A stretch of DNA of 64,000 bases from NCBI GenBank assembly GCA_051047955.1, contig JBPGPT010000007.1, positions 248,001-312,000 on the forward strand, written 5' to 3'. The notes beneath the pieces are model-generated. The model was not told the origin of the DNA and did not search any database. It saw only the letters and a list, made by a program, of their open reading frames with translations. Both the position numbers and the translations under genes were made by a program. The DNA is from Cystobasidiomycetes sp. EMM_F5. Lineage: Eukaryota. Below, piece after piece: positions 1-11,784 of the stretch (its first letter is position 1; each line of letters opens with the position of its first letter).

Positions 1-586
1 CTCGCAATTCGAAAGTGAGGGCAAACCCAGTCAGAGTGTGTATTACGAGCAATGGACGCCGACAGCCAAGGCGAGACGCGCTAGGAGTTCGACCTCATCC
101 TCGGATGCGGGCAAAGTGCATCACTCCTACTTCGATGGCAACGGAACGCGGCTCGAATGCATAGACGAGTTGGAATCGTTGCGAAAGACTGGTGTCTCAG
201 CCATAACATCGCCAAGCCTGTCCAATGGGCTTGACGATGCATCGGATGCAGCTAGCTGCTTCTCAGACCTGTCTTTATCCACCGATAAGCGGTCGGAGGG
301 TTCAAGCTCCGTAGTGTCACCCAGCCCACCCTCATCCGCAGAATCCACTGCTTCCTCCATTGCTAAGCGGCCCCGAAATCCAGACGGTGCAGAAAAGAAA
401 ATGGGCATGCTGAGCAGGTCGCGTAGTGCCGATGCCACTTTTGCAGAGCAGCGAGGCCGGCTGGAAACTCGGCACATAACATACACCTCGTCAAACGACT
501 GCGGTAGTCTCAGTCCAGAGCGCAGTACGTCAAGTGGCAGTTGGTCAAAGTGGTTAGGTGGTTTCGGGAGCGGAATGGGAGTCTGA
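1..586 (+). CDS. 3' end of a Ser-rich hypothetical protein (partial, 5' end outside window)
   Basis: Open frame from the window edge to TGA at 584-586; low-complexity Ser-rich translation with no recognisable domain. Confidence 0.6.
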   Translation, partial: SQFESEGKPSQSVYYEQWTPTAKARRARSSTSSSDAGKVHHSYFDGNGTRLECIDELESLRKTGVSAITSPSLSNGLDDASDAASCFSDLSLSTDKRSEGSSSVVSPSPPSSAESTASSIAKRPRNPDGAEKKMGMLSRSRSADATFAEQRGRLETRHITYTSSNDCGSLSPERSTSSGSWSKWLGGFGSGMGV

Positions 587-854
587 CAGCATGACGGAAT
601 GAACAGGATGTAGCCGTATCAATGTGCTATCTTTCAGGTCTTTGTAGCAAGTATAAATTTGTGTAGCTTACAATAATGCTCGTTCGAGTCGATACACCCG
701 CGTATGTGTTGCAGAATCTCGGCTGTTCTGAACCGCGAATGTCCGTTCAGCATTTACGGAATATGCTCGGCAGCTAACCAAGTCAAGGTCTCCACCATAT
801 GTACCACGCTGTGACATGTGCTGATCCATTCAACTTGAATCTACCTTTGATGCC

Positions 855-2003
855 ATGGATAGGGCGGTTGAGTTGCTGGCAGACCGTGTCATCGAGCTGT
901 ACCACAAAAGGTGAGTACTTTGCATGACTGCGCGCATCATAAACATCAACCTTATATATCCGCAGAACCAGCCAGGATAGCAGGATCATCGTCGGTATAG
1001 CTGGGTGAGTTTTACGGATTGAGGTGGAGACGCATCATGCCACTCCAGTCCGCGGCAGAGTCATCGGATCCGATGCACGCACTGACATTCACGCTATAGT
1101 ATCCCGGGCTCTGGCAAGTCGACGCTGGCTTTTCCGCTGACCGAGCTCATCAACGAAAAGCTCGGCGTCCATCTACAAGGACATGTCCAAGTGGATGCAA
1201 AACAAGCGCTCGCTCAGCATGCACCATCTGAGCCGAATCAAATTGCTATAGACGTATCCCTCGACGGCTGGCATACTTCCCGAGCCGATCTGGCCAAGTT
1301 TCCAGTACGTCCGCATTCCTTTACTGGCCTGATGCCTGCTTGACTGAAGAGCTACAGGATCCAGAGGAAGCACGCAGACGGAGAGTGAGCCTTCAACGTC
1401 TGCGCCACTGCTGAGGAAACCTCGGCATCAATACAATACTGACTGGATTTTATGCAGGGCGCAGCATTTACGTTCGATGCACTGGACTGGGTAGACTTTG
1501 TGACTTCTCTTCGTCAAAACCCACCGCCGACAGGCGGAATTGCATTCCGTACCTTCTCACATTCGAAGAAGGATCCAGAGACAGGCCCGTTCCTGATTAC
1601 AGGACATCACCAAATCATAGTGCTGGAGGGCCTCTACGTTCTCAATACGGAACCACCTTGGGACAAAGCAACGGAACAGTTGGATGAGCGAGTATGGGTA
1701 GATTGTCCTCCAGATGTCGCACGTGCACGTCTTATTGAACGACATTTGGCAACGGGCGTGGAGAATACGCGTGAAGCAGCGGAAAAGCGAAGTGAGTCGG
1801 TATTGAGCTACAATCTAAGCCCGTGTGCCATCTGGCTGACATTGAACATGGGAATCTGTTTGACAGTCGATGGCAGTGATCTTCGCAATGCTGAATATAT
1901 CGTGGATAACCTGGCAAAGCCAACAATCACGATCGAGTCCATCATAGACCTGACCTATGCTCGCGCAATCGAGCAACGGGTGCAGGATACGCATGGGCAA
2001 TAA
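855..2003 (+). CDS. P-loop kinase of the uridine kinase/PRK/pantothenate kinase superfamily (YFH7-like), multi-exon
   Basis: Spliced product MDRAVELLADRVIELYHKR...RIIVGIAGIPGSGKSTLA (Walker A), then SLDGWH, RRRGAAFTFDA and IIVLEGLY; first intron 911-965 is GT-AG. Confidence 0.85.
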
Positions 2004-2264
2004 TCTTAGGATGATTGTCTCCATGCACGCGGGTACTCATCGTGGAGACTGCAAGCTGCCGGCTTTCAGTGGTTATCGACACGGCACTTAGCATCTCGCG
2101 GACCATACCCCTGTTGTTGTACAGAATCAAGGCAGTCTTGTCGTTGGTCGCAGCGTTCAGCCAGTTCGATCATTGATATTCGGATGACGATGTACCTTTT
2201 GACGTATCCGGACCGTTCTGTTGGGCTCTAGTCCGCATCAACTGCTTGACTCATAGACTACAAC

Positions 2265-3301
2265 ATGTCGAGCGCATTTCCTGATTACTATGGCATACTC
2301 AAGATATCGCAGACTGCGACTGAGACTGAAATCCGACAAGCGTACAAGGTACGCCACGTCGGCATATGCAATGGATGGATAGCTACAGCCAGCTCGCATT
2401 TGAACTGACAATCAATCATCCCGTAATGACCGTGTGCAGAAACAGAGCCTGCTCAGCCATCCCGACCGGCAAAAGAATGCTAATGACGCACAGCGGCGGA
2501 AAGCGACAGAGCAGTTTCAGATAATTGCTGATGCATGTGGGCGAAGCATGGTGTGCGCAGGGCTAATCAGTATTCTGACTCAAACATGCTATTTAAGACT
2601 ACGTTCTGTCCGACCCCGCTAGGAGACGCGCCTACGACAATCAACGCGCTTCCCGACAGACGTTCCCTGGCGGATTTACTGCCGATAACTCGGACCACTC
2701 GAGCTCCAGCTTCTTCAATTCCTTCTTTGGGAAAGGTGGACCCGGAGCTGCGTATGCGGATGAGGATGCATCTTCAGCATCTGGCAGTGAAGATGCCAAG
2801 AGCGCTCGGCCTGATGCAGAATACGTCTTTACGGATGTCTTTGAGGATCTGCTGACTCCGGAGGTAGAAAGAGTGGTTCCATTCTGGAGATGGCTGGGAG
2901 CTGGTGCTGGTGCAGTCATGGGGTTAGTTCCGTCTCAGCATTGGCGATGCCAAATGCGTCAGCTTACAATTCTCATGTTACTTTCCGCAGCTTCATAGTA
3001 GGCAACCTACCTGGTGCCGTAAATATAGCCTGCTTACACGAGACGGTCAATGTCTGTACTAAATTTGCACATCAATCAGGCAATTGGAGCGTATGGTGGG
3101 GGCAAAGTAGGAGCAATCAGAGACGCAAAGGGCAAAGCCGTAGCGACAGTATTCAAAGAAATGGGTGGAGACCAGAAGGCAGCCATCTTACAGGCTCTTT
3201 TATCGAAAGGTACGCTTTTCCTGTGGTCAGTATAAGCAGCCTACTCACACACTGAGCCTGAACCGGCAGTTATGGGATCAGTTACTGGCGCTGCTGCGTA
3301 G
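2265..3301 (+). CDS. DnaJ (J-domain) protein, multi-exon
   Basis: MSSAFPDYYGILKISQTATETEIRQAYK|KQSLLSHPDR with the HPD motif, then FQIIADAYYVLSDPARRRAYD and a Gly-rich hydrophobic C-terminus; stop TAG 3299-3301. Confidence 0.9.
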
Positions 3302-3547
3302 AAGTAGTTGACACAATTGGTGATACGCCTTGTACTGTACAATGACGACGAACGTATTTCATTTGAAGGAAGAAACAAAAATCGACCGTTCATAAGTGTT
3401 CCAACGTCGTTCGGTAGTCGCGCAGCCAAGTCAACATATATGCTCAGGGCTCTCTCATAGCAAATAGCCATCTTAGCCCACTATATTTTCGCCGACAGAC
3501 GGAGGCGCCGCCGCTTACAAGAGCATCTGTCACGATCTTTACAGGGG

Positions 3548-4305
3548 TCATTTCTTAGCTGAGGCATAAGTATTCCCTGTCAGGAATCCGGTCGGATTGA
3601 TCAGCACTACCGCTGCGCTGACCGCAGCAATGGCCGTGCTATTCCATTCCAAATTCGCGCCTGTGGTCCGACAATGGATGATAGAACGATTATATGGCCC
3701 AATGTGGCCTAAAGTACCAACACCTAGCGCATGCGTCACGAGCCTTGTCGAAGTACCACGCTGCGCGTATTCATACTCGGCTAGAGCGGGACCAGCGACC
3801 AGGCAGTACGGCAAGAATAGGATACCGGAGGTGAGGAGGCCGCTGTCATACTCGAAGCCGTGCAAGATAGACCCATAAAGTGCACGATGAGATTGACAGC
3901 CATCAATCCGACGGTATTGACCGCTACAGCAGGACGTTGCTCTGCTAGTAGAATCGCGAAGAGTCCCCCTCCCCAGACGCCGCCGATATGGACACCCGCT
4001 ATGACGAATTGAGTAGCTCCGCAGAGTGTAGGAGCTTGACCAGACTACATGAGCCATATGGCGATACACGTTTGGTGCTGCACAAGCAGAGCTTAGTTGG
4101 ATATTGCTGATCCGGGGAGAAAACCAGCAAGCGGCCAATTACGCCAGGCCACAGATTCTGCTGCTATTGTAGACATTCTGAGAGCCTCGACGCCGCCTCT
4201 TCGAAGTTTTAGAAGAAGCAGTACGTATCGCCGAGTGCCGTCCGTGTTTGATTCGCCACATATTCAGGGTTGCAGAAGAGCGGGGCTGATCCCTATGCAG
4301 GCCAT
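3548..4305 (-). pseudogene. Probable degenerate HXXEE-family membrane protein gene
   Basis: FVIAGVHIGGVW...GLMAVNLIVH in one frame continues as GSILHGFEYDSGLLTSGILFLPY in another (frameshift near 3871-3880). Upstream '*NFEE' (4197-4211) sits where HXXEE is expected. The 5' boundary is approximate. Confidence 0.45.
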
Positions 4306-4373
4306 CACGATGTACTATACTCCTTAGCGTTGGACGAGCTGATGACTCTTCGTCCTCTATGTTGTTCGTATGG

Positions 4374-7077
4374 CTACAGGTCGACATCAATGTCATTTGC
4401 AAAGTCCTCCAGTACTCGTTGCCGCTGCTGGCTGGCACGCTTGACCTTCTCCCATCGAGGGTCCTCAAGGTTGAATGCGTGAATACTATCAATCGGCGTA
4501 GCTGTCCCTGAAGTTCCTGTCCTGCTCATGCCCAGAACAGCAGTGGTTCTAGTTGCAGTGGGTGCCCTCTCGGCTTTTGGATTGCTAGCACGGATAGCAT
4601 CGACTGACGCCCTGCGGTCTTTGTCACGACTCTCCTCGTGCTCTGCAACATTGGACAGCTGAGCTGTGAGATGTTGCAGCGGACCACTGTCGAGACCACT
4701 TGGCGCGAGTGGAAGTAAGCTCAGACTCGTGCCATTTCGAGATAGAGTAGTGCTAGATAGTGAGGACGGTCGGGCTGATGAATTTGGCGGCTGACCTGCC
4801 GTGTTCGGAGTAGCTAGACTATGAAAATACGGACCGCCGTTCCATTGCGACTGAGCAATACCCAATCCTGGGCTGAGAAGCGGAGTAACGTGCCTCGGAG
4901 TGGTAAGCGTACTGCTTTGAGACGAGATTGTCGGAAGCGTATGTACACTGCCAAGCTCTGGCACGCTCGAAATATCAGAAGATCGTCTAACTGCGTCCCT
5001 GTAGGCTGTTCGGAAGGTCTGAGACGTGCCTACCGCTCTTTGAGCGAAAGCCGAGCTAAGTGGGCGTGTCGGTCGGTCAGAGGAAGCCATAGAGATAGCG
5101 CTTGAGTAATTGGCATCATCAGACGAGGCCATCGAGGAGCGCCTGCGTATGCGCGTGTAATTGGCTCTTGCATATGGTCTTAGCATTGCGTCGTTGTGAA
5201 GTGCTGAGGTAAACCCCGTGACTGTTGATCCACTTCGAGGGTTGTGATCGCTAGCACTGCCTTCATCATTTGGCGGCGTTGTCAAGGCGGCTGCACCACC
5301 ATCAGGACGCGGAAGCAGTTGCATTGAGTCGGAGAGAACTTCCATATCATCTTCGTCATCGTCGTCGTCCAAAGCGGAGCCAATGCTGGGACTCAGGGCG
5401 TCGGTACTGTCTACAGTACTCTCGCGGAATGCACGTCGTGTCCGATCTGCCTCATCGGCAGGTGAAACGGTACTTCCACGTCTAGAAATAATCAGAGTCG
5501 CATCGTACTCGGCTGAATCCGTTTGCTTGCTGCTGCGGCCGAAACCAGGAAAGCTGGGTAATTTTATAGTCTTGACTTTTGGCCACACAAGGTTCTCGGA
5601 TATCCACGCTCGTACGCGACCGAGTATCAGCTGTTCCACTTTCGGTATATTCTGCAATTTGGCTCGGGACCCGATGATCGATGTGATGGCTAATTCCAAG
5701 ATGAAGTCTGGATGCAAAGACAGGGAAAGCGCTGATTCTCCAGCTTTTGTTTTCGGCACCTCCGGCATGGATAATGGACTGTCCGGTGCTCGGGCATTTA
5801 GGATGGAAGGTTCCGTGGAAGCGGGCGGAATCTCCAAGGTGAGCTGTCGGGAAATATCTCAATGGGTGAAGCCGCGTTTATCATGTGTATCGGCATGTAC
5901 TGACCGTTGCGGAGAAGCGAGCTAAGGCCACGGCCAAGCTGATTGGGATTATTGCAAATTTGGGTTTTGGGAAGTTGATGAATACCTTAGTCTCGATGCT
6001 GAGACCGACATGATCAGAATAGTCTATATCGACTTCGATTCTCTGTCGGCGGGGGTTGTTTAGCCGAAGAGCTTGAAACCCAAACTGTGCAACGTGAGAC
6101 TTACAACCTTGCCAGTCTCATTACTTGGTCTTACTCGAGCATTGCTGACGACGGGATAATCTTGTCCAAAGTCACAGTCCGTTACGGTGATGTAGTCGAG
6201 GGTAACCATACTGGAGGCTTTCTCATTCTTGCCGCGAACTGAATTGAGTTCCTTTTCGACGTAGCGTTTCGTCCTGCTGCCATTGCTTGCATCCCAGCCA
6301 TCCTCGTCCAAGTCATCTGCATCAGGCTCGTTACCTCCTGTTGTAGAGTTGGCAGTAGACGCGGTCGGAGCTAGAAGCATATTACGATATGCAGATACGG
6401 CTTGCGCGACGAGGACATTGAGCCAATCTGCCGACTCGGCGCCATGGGCAGACAAGTCGTAGCCTAGCTTTGACAAGAGAATCGCGTCGCTCTGAGGTAG
6501 TATCGCCGAAAATAAGCCTTGACCGGACGATGCCTTGTTTCGGCTCGTTATCGAAGGTCGCCGTTGGCGCTTGAGGGCGGTATTTCGCATGCGCTGTACG
6601 AGTAACAGGACAATAGGAGTAGCAGAGTAAGAGCAGCGTAAGCCTGCATTGGCCCGAGTGGAGGAAGCAACTCTGCAACATACCTTCTTTCTGCGCTTTC
6701 CGGCTTCACGCAAAGCGACTTTTGGATCCTCAAAGACGACATAGCGTAGAAAGAGGACTGCCACGAGGATGCTGGAGAGTTGTAAGGGCATTCGTATTGA
6801 CCGTTTGCGAGTATTATCGGTTTATGGCAGCGGGATATCGTCGGAAATTGGCGCAGCGTCAGGCAATATGGGAATCTAGAGATGAGTCCCGAGTCTGCCT
6901 GCCATCTCAGCGACAGCACAACACTCACAGACTGGCTTGTCCGCAGAGGAAACCAGCGCTAAAGGTCAGTATCCGGTATCGCGTTGGCAGCGGTGGAATC
7001 GCAACAGCCAGGTAGCCAGCGCCGAATCTGCCAGCGGCTGCAGCTGCGTCGTTGGTGCCAGGCGATGAGTCCGACAT
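4374..7077 (-). CDS. MMM1: ERMES complex subunit Mmm1 (SMP lipid-transfer domain) with long low-complexity C-terminal tail
   Basis: TM segment SILVAVLFLRYVVFED; SMP motifs AESADWLNVLVAQ, LDYITVTDCDFGQDYP, INFPKPKFAIIPISL and SIIGSRAKLQNIPKVEQLI; ATG at 7077. Confidence 0.9.
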
Positions 7078-7343
7078 TGTTATGGCAGTGATTGTCACCG
7101 TCGGGCAGGGTTTGTGATTGGAGACATGTTGTCAAATGGCAAGCAGCCGTAGATTGATGGGCAAGAACAGCAAATGTTCACATACAAGAGCAAAGCGATG
7201 GGAAAACGCATCCAACGTACTGCGTAACCAAGTAGATTACAAGCGACACGCGCCGAGTCCTCCGCTCTGCTAGATTGGTACAGCATAATCTAGTTCAGAC
7301 AGTGACAGGTCGTCGTTCACCGTCTCCGCCCCATTCAGCCTCC

Positions 7344-8264
7344 CTACGCATCGTGAGAGAACTGGAAGGTGACAGTCTTGCCCGTCAGCTTGTTGTAGAT
7401 AGCCTGGGAAGCGTTGACAGTCACAGTTAGTAGAAAATCTCGGCACTAATCCAAGATACCCGACACCTACCGAGAATGAGTCGAGCTTGTACTCCATAGC
7501 GGTAGCATCTTTTGGGTCGAGGAAGACCTTGATGGTCTTGTTGCCGTCGGTAGATTGGCGTGTTCGCTTTCCGGTAATCTCGGTGGGGTAGACGAGATCT
7601 TCGAGCGTCTTTTCGTGAACCTCCTTCAGAGTGCGGGAGCGCGGTCGTGGTTGCTTGAGGCGCGAGTTTCGCCCTGGCTTGCTCTGCATTCTCCGTTGGC
7701 CGATAAAGACGACATGTCGGTCTGAAAACTTCTTTTCCAGTTCGCGGGTGAGTCTAGAGTTTGGGCGATAGCAGAGAGAGAGAGAAAGAAGAATATGTCT
7801 GAGCATTTAACAGAACAGTATTCTCTTATGCGGGTACATCCACACACCGCCCTTGAATCTTGTGGAAGGCCTTGAGCTGGGGAATGGGGACGAAGCTGGA
7901 CGCGATGTCAGCCTTCCGATGATAGAATTGCACACCCTGCTCCCTTACATGGCGAGCGCCTTGCGGCCACCCTTGACCTCGACCTCCTTTACGCTGCTGA
8001 TGGCCAGCGGCGCCAGGTCAGACTTGAGGTCGGCTACCGAGACTTGGAGGTCCAGGATTGCTGTATAATCGAACAGGACAGGTGCATGGCGCATGTCAGA
8101 AAGTGTCCTCCTTCTCCGCGCGTTCTATAAATGTTGCTGGCTCCTTCTCGCCGTGCCATCACTTGTCCGTCGCAAAACGTACCCTGGGCGACTTCAGTCT
8201 CGACGGCATCTGGTGCAGTCCTGGGCGCAGAGGCCGTTCTCTGAATCTTTGATATCGCAGACAT
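7344..8264 (-). CDS. RPS7: 40S ribosomal protein S7 (eS7), multi-exon
   Basis: [29 protein letters not shown] and [13 protein letters not shown]; final exon [15 protein letters not shown]; stop at 7344-7346. Confidence 0.97.
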
Positions 8265-8647
8265 GGTGGTGTGCAGGGGATGCTTGCTGTTGTTTTAGAC
8301 GTAGCCTAGAATTTCGGTGTCGCGAATTTGCAATTTTTCAAAGTGATCGAAACTTCGCAGGGGAAGAAAGAAAGAAAGAAAAGAGTCTCCGCTTTTGCGA
8401 AGGAACGAGTTTGAAAGCGCTGCAGTGTGACTAGTATGTAAGCAAAAGGATCATTGGGACAGAAAAGCTGGGTATGGCTTGAGAGACAGACAACTGATCA
8501 CCACGGCTGCGGCTACTTACAAAGACTAACAAGCTACAACCTCGTCACTGAAGACTGACAGACACGTGTATACTGCATAATGCTGCTGGCAGAACGGTCA
8601 ACTCACCTCCTCCCTGGTATTCACATCACTCACACTCCTCCTTCCGC

Positions 8648-11600
8648 TCACTCTCGATAATCCTCATCATCCGGCTCTTCGAATTCCTCGTCATCATCGT
8701 TCCTCATCGCTGAATCCCCTGCATTCCGCTCGTCTTGCATCCTGGCGTCCCGCCCGCGCCTTGCTGCATTTCTGCTGTACGAAGTACTCGACCGCTCTGC
8801 TGTTGCCGCTCCAGCCTTCGAGCCCTTCCTAGTACTGCTAGCAGCTGCTCTCCGACGAGAACCAGTACCGAGAGCACCCGACAAGAGCGAGTTGTGCTTC
8901 TTTGCAGGGCTCGTAGGAGTTCGTCCGTGGGATGACATCACTCCCGCTGCAGACATGCCGCTTTCCAACGATGTATCAAACACAGAAGGGTGGGGCCCGC
9001 TAGAGGGGACACTTCGCATGTTTGAAACTTCGCTCCGACTGACATCCGACCCGGATGGTGGCTGCATCGATGCCAAGTACTCTGCATGCTGATGTTGCTG
9101 CTGGAATTGCTGTTGCTGCTGGTATCGATGCTGTTGTTGTAGCTGATGCTGATGCTGTGCTTGCAGCGCATATTCGTATCTCTCTTGACTGTTCTGATGG
9201 ACTAGACTGCCTGGAATTGCATGGTAGCTTGCAAGCGGGTGACCATAACCTGCAGCCATGCCATGAGGGCGTGCAATGATAGCTTCGGCTGGGATAGGAG
9301 AAGGCAAACTGCTAATCAGGTGACGCAAACTAGCAGAAGGTGCGGGCTGAGTCTGTGCAGCAGCAGCGTGATGTGCGTCTTTTTGATATCCGTGTTGTGC
9401 ATACCCATGCCGAAATTGGCCGGAAGTCTCCCTTGGACTTTCCTCCGGTTGAGCAGAACCGTGCATCGTAGAAGGAGTATGACTGAGATCAGGCGTCTCC
9501 ACTGGCGCAGAGATCGATCGTCCATGCGATTCTGCATGAGATGTTGGGTGTAGACTACCGCTCGCGGCAGTTGGCATACCGGCATATGCTGGATGTGCTC
9601 CTAAACCCAGTCCGACGTTGCCAGACTGGAGGGCATAAGTCTGGCCATCTCCCTGCGTCTTACCAGGATAGCTTGTTGAAGCATGCCGATTGTCTGAGCT
9701 TAAAGAGCGATTCAATGCTGCTGAAGAAGCGAATTGACCAGAATTACCGAAGCCATGCATTCGCGGCTCGGGCGCGCGATCTCCGTAGAGTGTGACACTA
9801 CTCGCAGCGCTGGCTGGCGTTTGAGGTTGTGCAGGAGACCCTGGATCTCCCGGAAGGCCTGCCGACCCTGGACTTCCCACTCCACCACCGTGACCGCCGT
9901 AAGCGGCGCCTGGCACAGGCAGCCTGTTCTTCAATGATGACAAGGTAGGTAGACTATAGGGCGTGTACCGAGGAGAAGGTAAGCCTAGAGGTACAGCACC
10001 CGTTGGCGAAAGTCCAGCGGAAAGCGGGAGACCAGGCACTCCGACGATGCCCGGCGACGGAATACTGCCTGAGCCAGTTGCATCAGAAAGCAAAATGGGT
10101 TTACCCCCTGTTGCAGCGATTGTGTCCTCGTAGTGCTGTTGTCGGACACGGCGCTTCTGTCGTTGCAACGACGTATTGAAGTGGTTCTTGATTGCATTGT
10201 CTCTGTCAAGTTCGTGAGTATATCAGCTTGTGCAAACCAGCAAGGCGCTCTTGAGAAAGGCTTACGGCCGACCGGGGAGATGCTTGGCAATCTCCGCCCA
10301 CTTTGAGCCTAACTGGCTATACAAGTGAAAGATGATCTCGTCTTCATCTGGAGTGAAAGGACCTTTCTTGACTGTCACAAAGGTCGCATAGTCAGTCATT
10401 TCCGTATATCAGTATCATGAAAGTAAGGCCTACTGTTGGGATCGAGGTGGTTATGCCATCGTTCTCTGCACTGTTTGCCGGTCCTTGTTACCATCTTGCT
10501 AGCAATAATGACCCATTTCTCCGGTCCGAATTCTTCAGTAAGTTCGAATAGATGAGCGTCTTCCTCCGGTGTCCACGGTCCTTTATGTCCCTTGGGTTTC
10601 GACAGCAGCTTCCATCGCTCGATGCACTCATCCTTGGTATGGGTTCCGTCGGGGAATGCTCGCTTTGAGATTTCCGGCCACGAACGGCCAAGAGTACCAT
10701 GCATGACTTCTCGTAAAGCCGCATCTTCCTCCTCTGTCCAAGGATGTGCGGAACCTGCATGGGTTGCTTCTGCAGGCTCGGCAGGAGCGGAAAGATCTGC
10801 TTCATCGTCAAGAGGGTCTGCACTTTCCTCGGCTTCTACAGCACCTCCGTTAGATGAGGTCGAAGAGCCCGAACGTCCGCCAGCGCCACCCTTCTTGGAC
10901 CCTGTGCGCGATGCAGCAGCGCCCGCGGCAGCTACGGCTGCTGCAGCTTCGCGAGCAGCTCGAACGTTCGCAATTATGCCTATGCCGCTGGCAGATCCGG
11001 GTGCGGCACTATATGCTCCACCAACAGGTGGCAGAGCGCCAGCGACAGGAGGGCGCGCTGCTCCGGTATGCGGATGTGCTGAGTAACCGTAGTGCCCAGC
11101 GTACCCTTGACCATACGCGTAGTGGAAGGCAGATTGAGGGGGGACAGCAGTAGCAGGAGGAGATGGACCATGCGGGCCTGCACTTGTAATACCAGACGAA
11201 GAACTCGAAGATGATGCCGTAGCTTTCAGAGTGGGGGGTGTCGGGTGTCCATGACCATACATTTGATAGGCGTACGGATGCTGTGCTGGATGCGCATAAT
11301 GCGGCGACATTTGCGCATGATAATGTGGGTACGCGTGTGGATGCGCTATATGTCCATGCACGGATGCATAGACGGGTGAAGCGGCGTATCCGGCCGTGCC
11401 TGCTGCGATATAATCTGCATATCCACTGGTGCTGATTGTAGCAGATGCTCCAGTGCCTGAAGTCCCGCCTAATCCGCTCGGATTGCCATAGCCAGGATGT
11501 ACAGGTTGTGCATACGCACCTGCCACTCCAGCGGAGTATGTCGCATACGGCTCGGCCTGTGTCTGTGAGTGCTCTTGAGTACGCGAGAAGTAGGATGATC

Positions 11601-11784
11601 CAGCAGAGGGATCCTCAGTATCAGCAGCGACGTTGTTGCCAGATTCCACACTGGTCGGACCGCCAGGTTGTGCTGGAGAAGAAGGTAGAGATACGGGAGC
11701 AGGCGCCGATGGCGAAGCTGTCGGCGAGACTTCTACAATCTGTGCAGAGGGGACAGCCAACGTGGCCGAGGATGGTGCAGCCAT
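8648..11784 (-). CDS. Myb transcription factor with three tandem Myb repeats
   Basis: R1 WTEEEDAAL...W...CIERW, R2 KGPWTPEED...W...[16 protein letters not shown] and R3 [10 protein letters not shown]...[23 protein letters not shown], joined across two introns; low-complexity and poly-Q flanks. Confidence 0.92.

Noticed and set aside
7773..7793. GA microsatellite
   Set aside because: A short simple repeat forming the polypyrimidine tract of an RPS7 intron.
8090..8165. Possible box C/D snoRNA in RPS7 intron 1 (GUGAUGG...CUGA)
   Set aside because: Box C is imperfect and lies inside the stem, and the CUGA doubles as the branch site. Kept only as a structured intron.
9085..9165. CAG/CAA-rich tracts here and at about 41000-41130
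   Set aside because: Ordinary poly-Gln regions of transcription factors.
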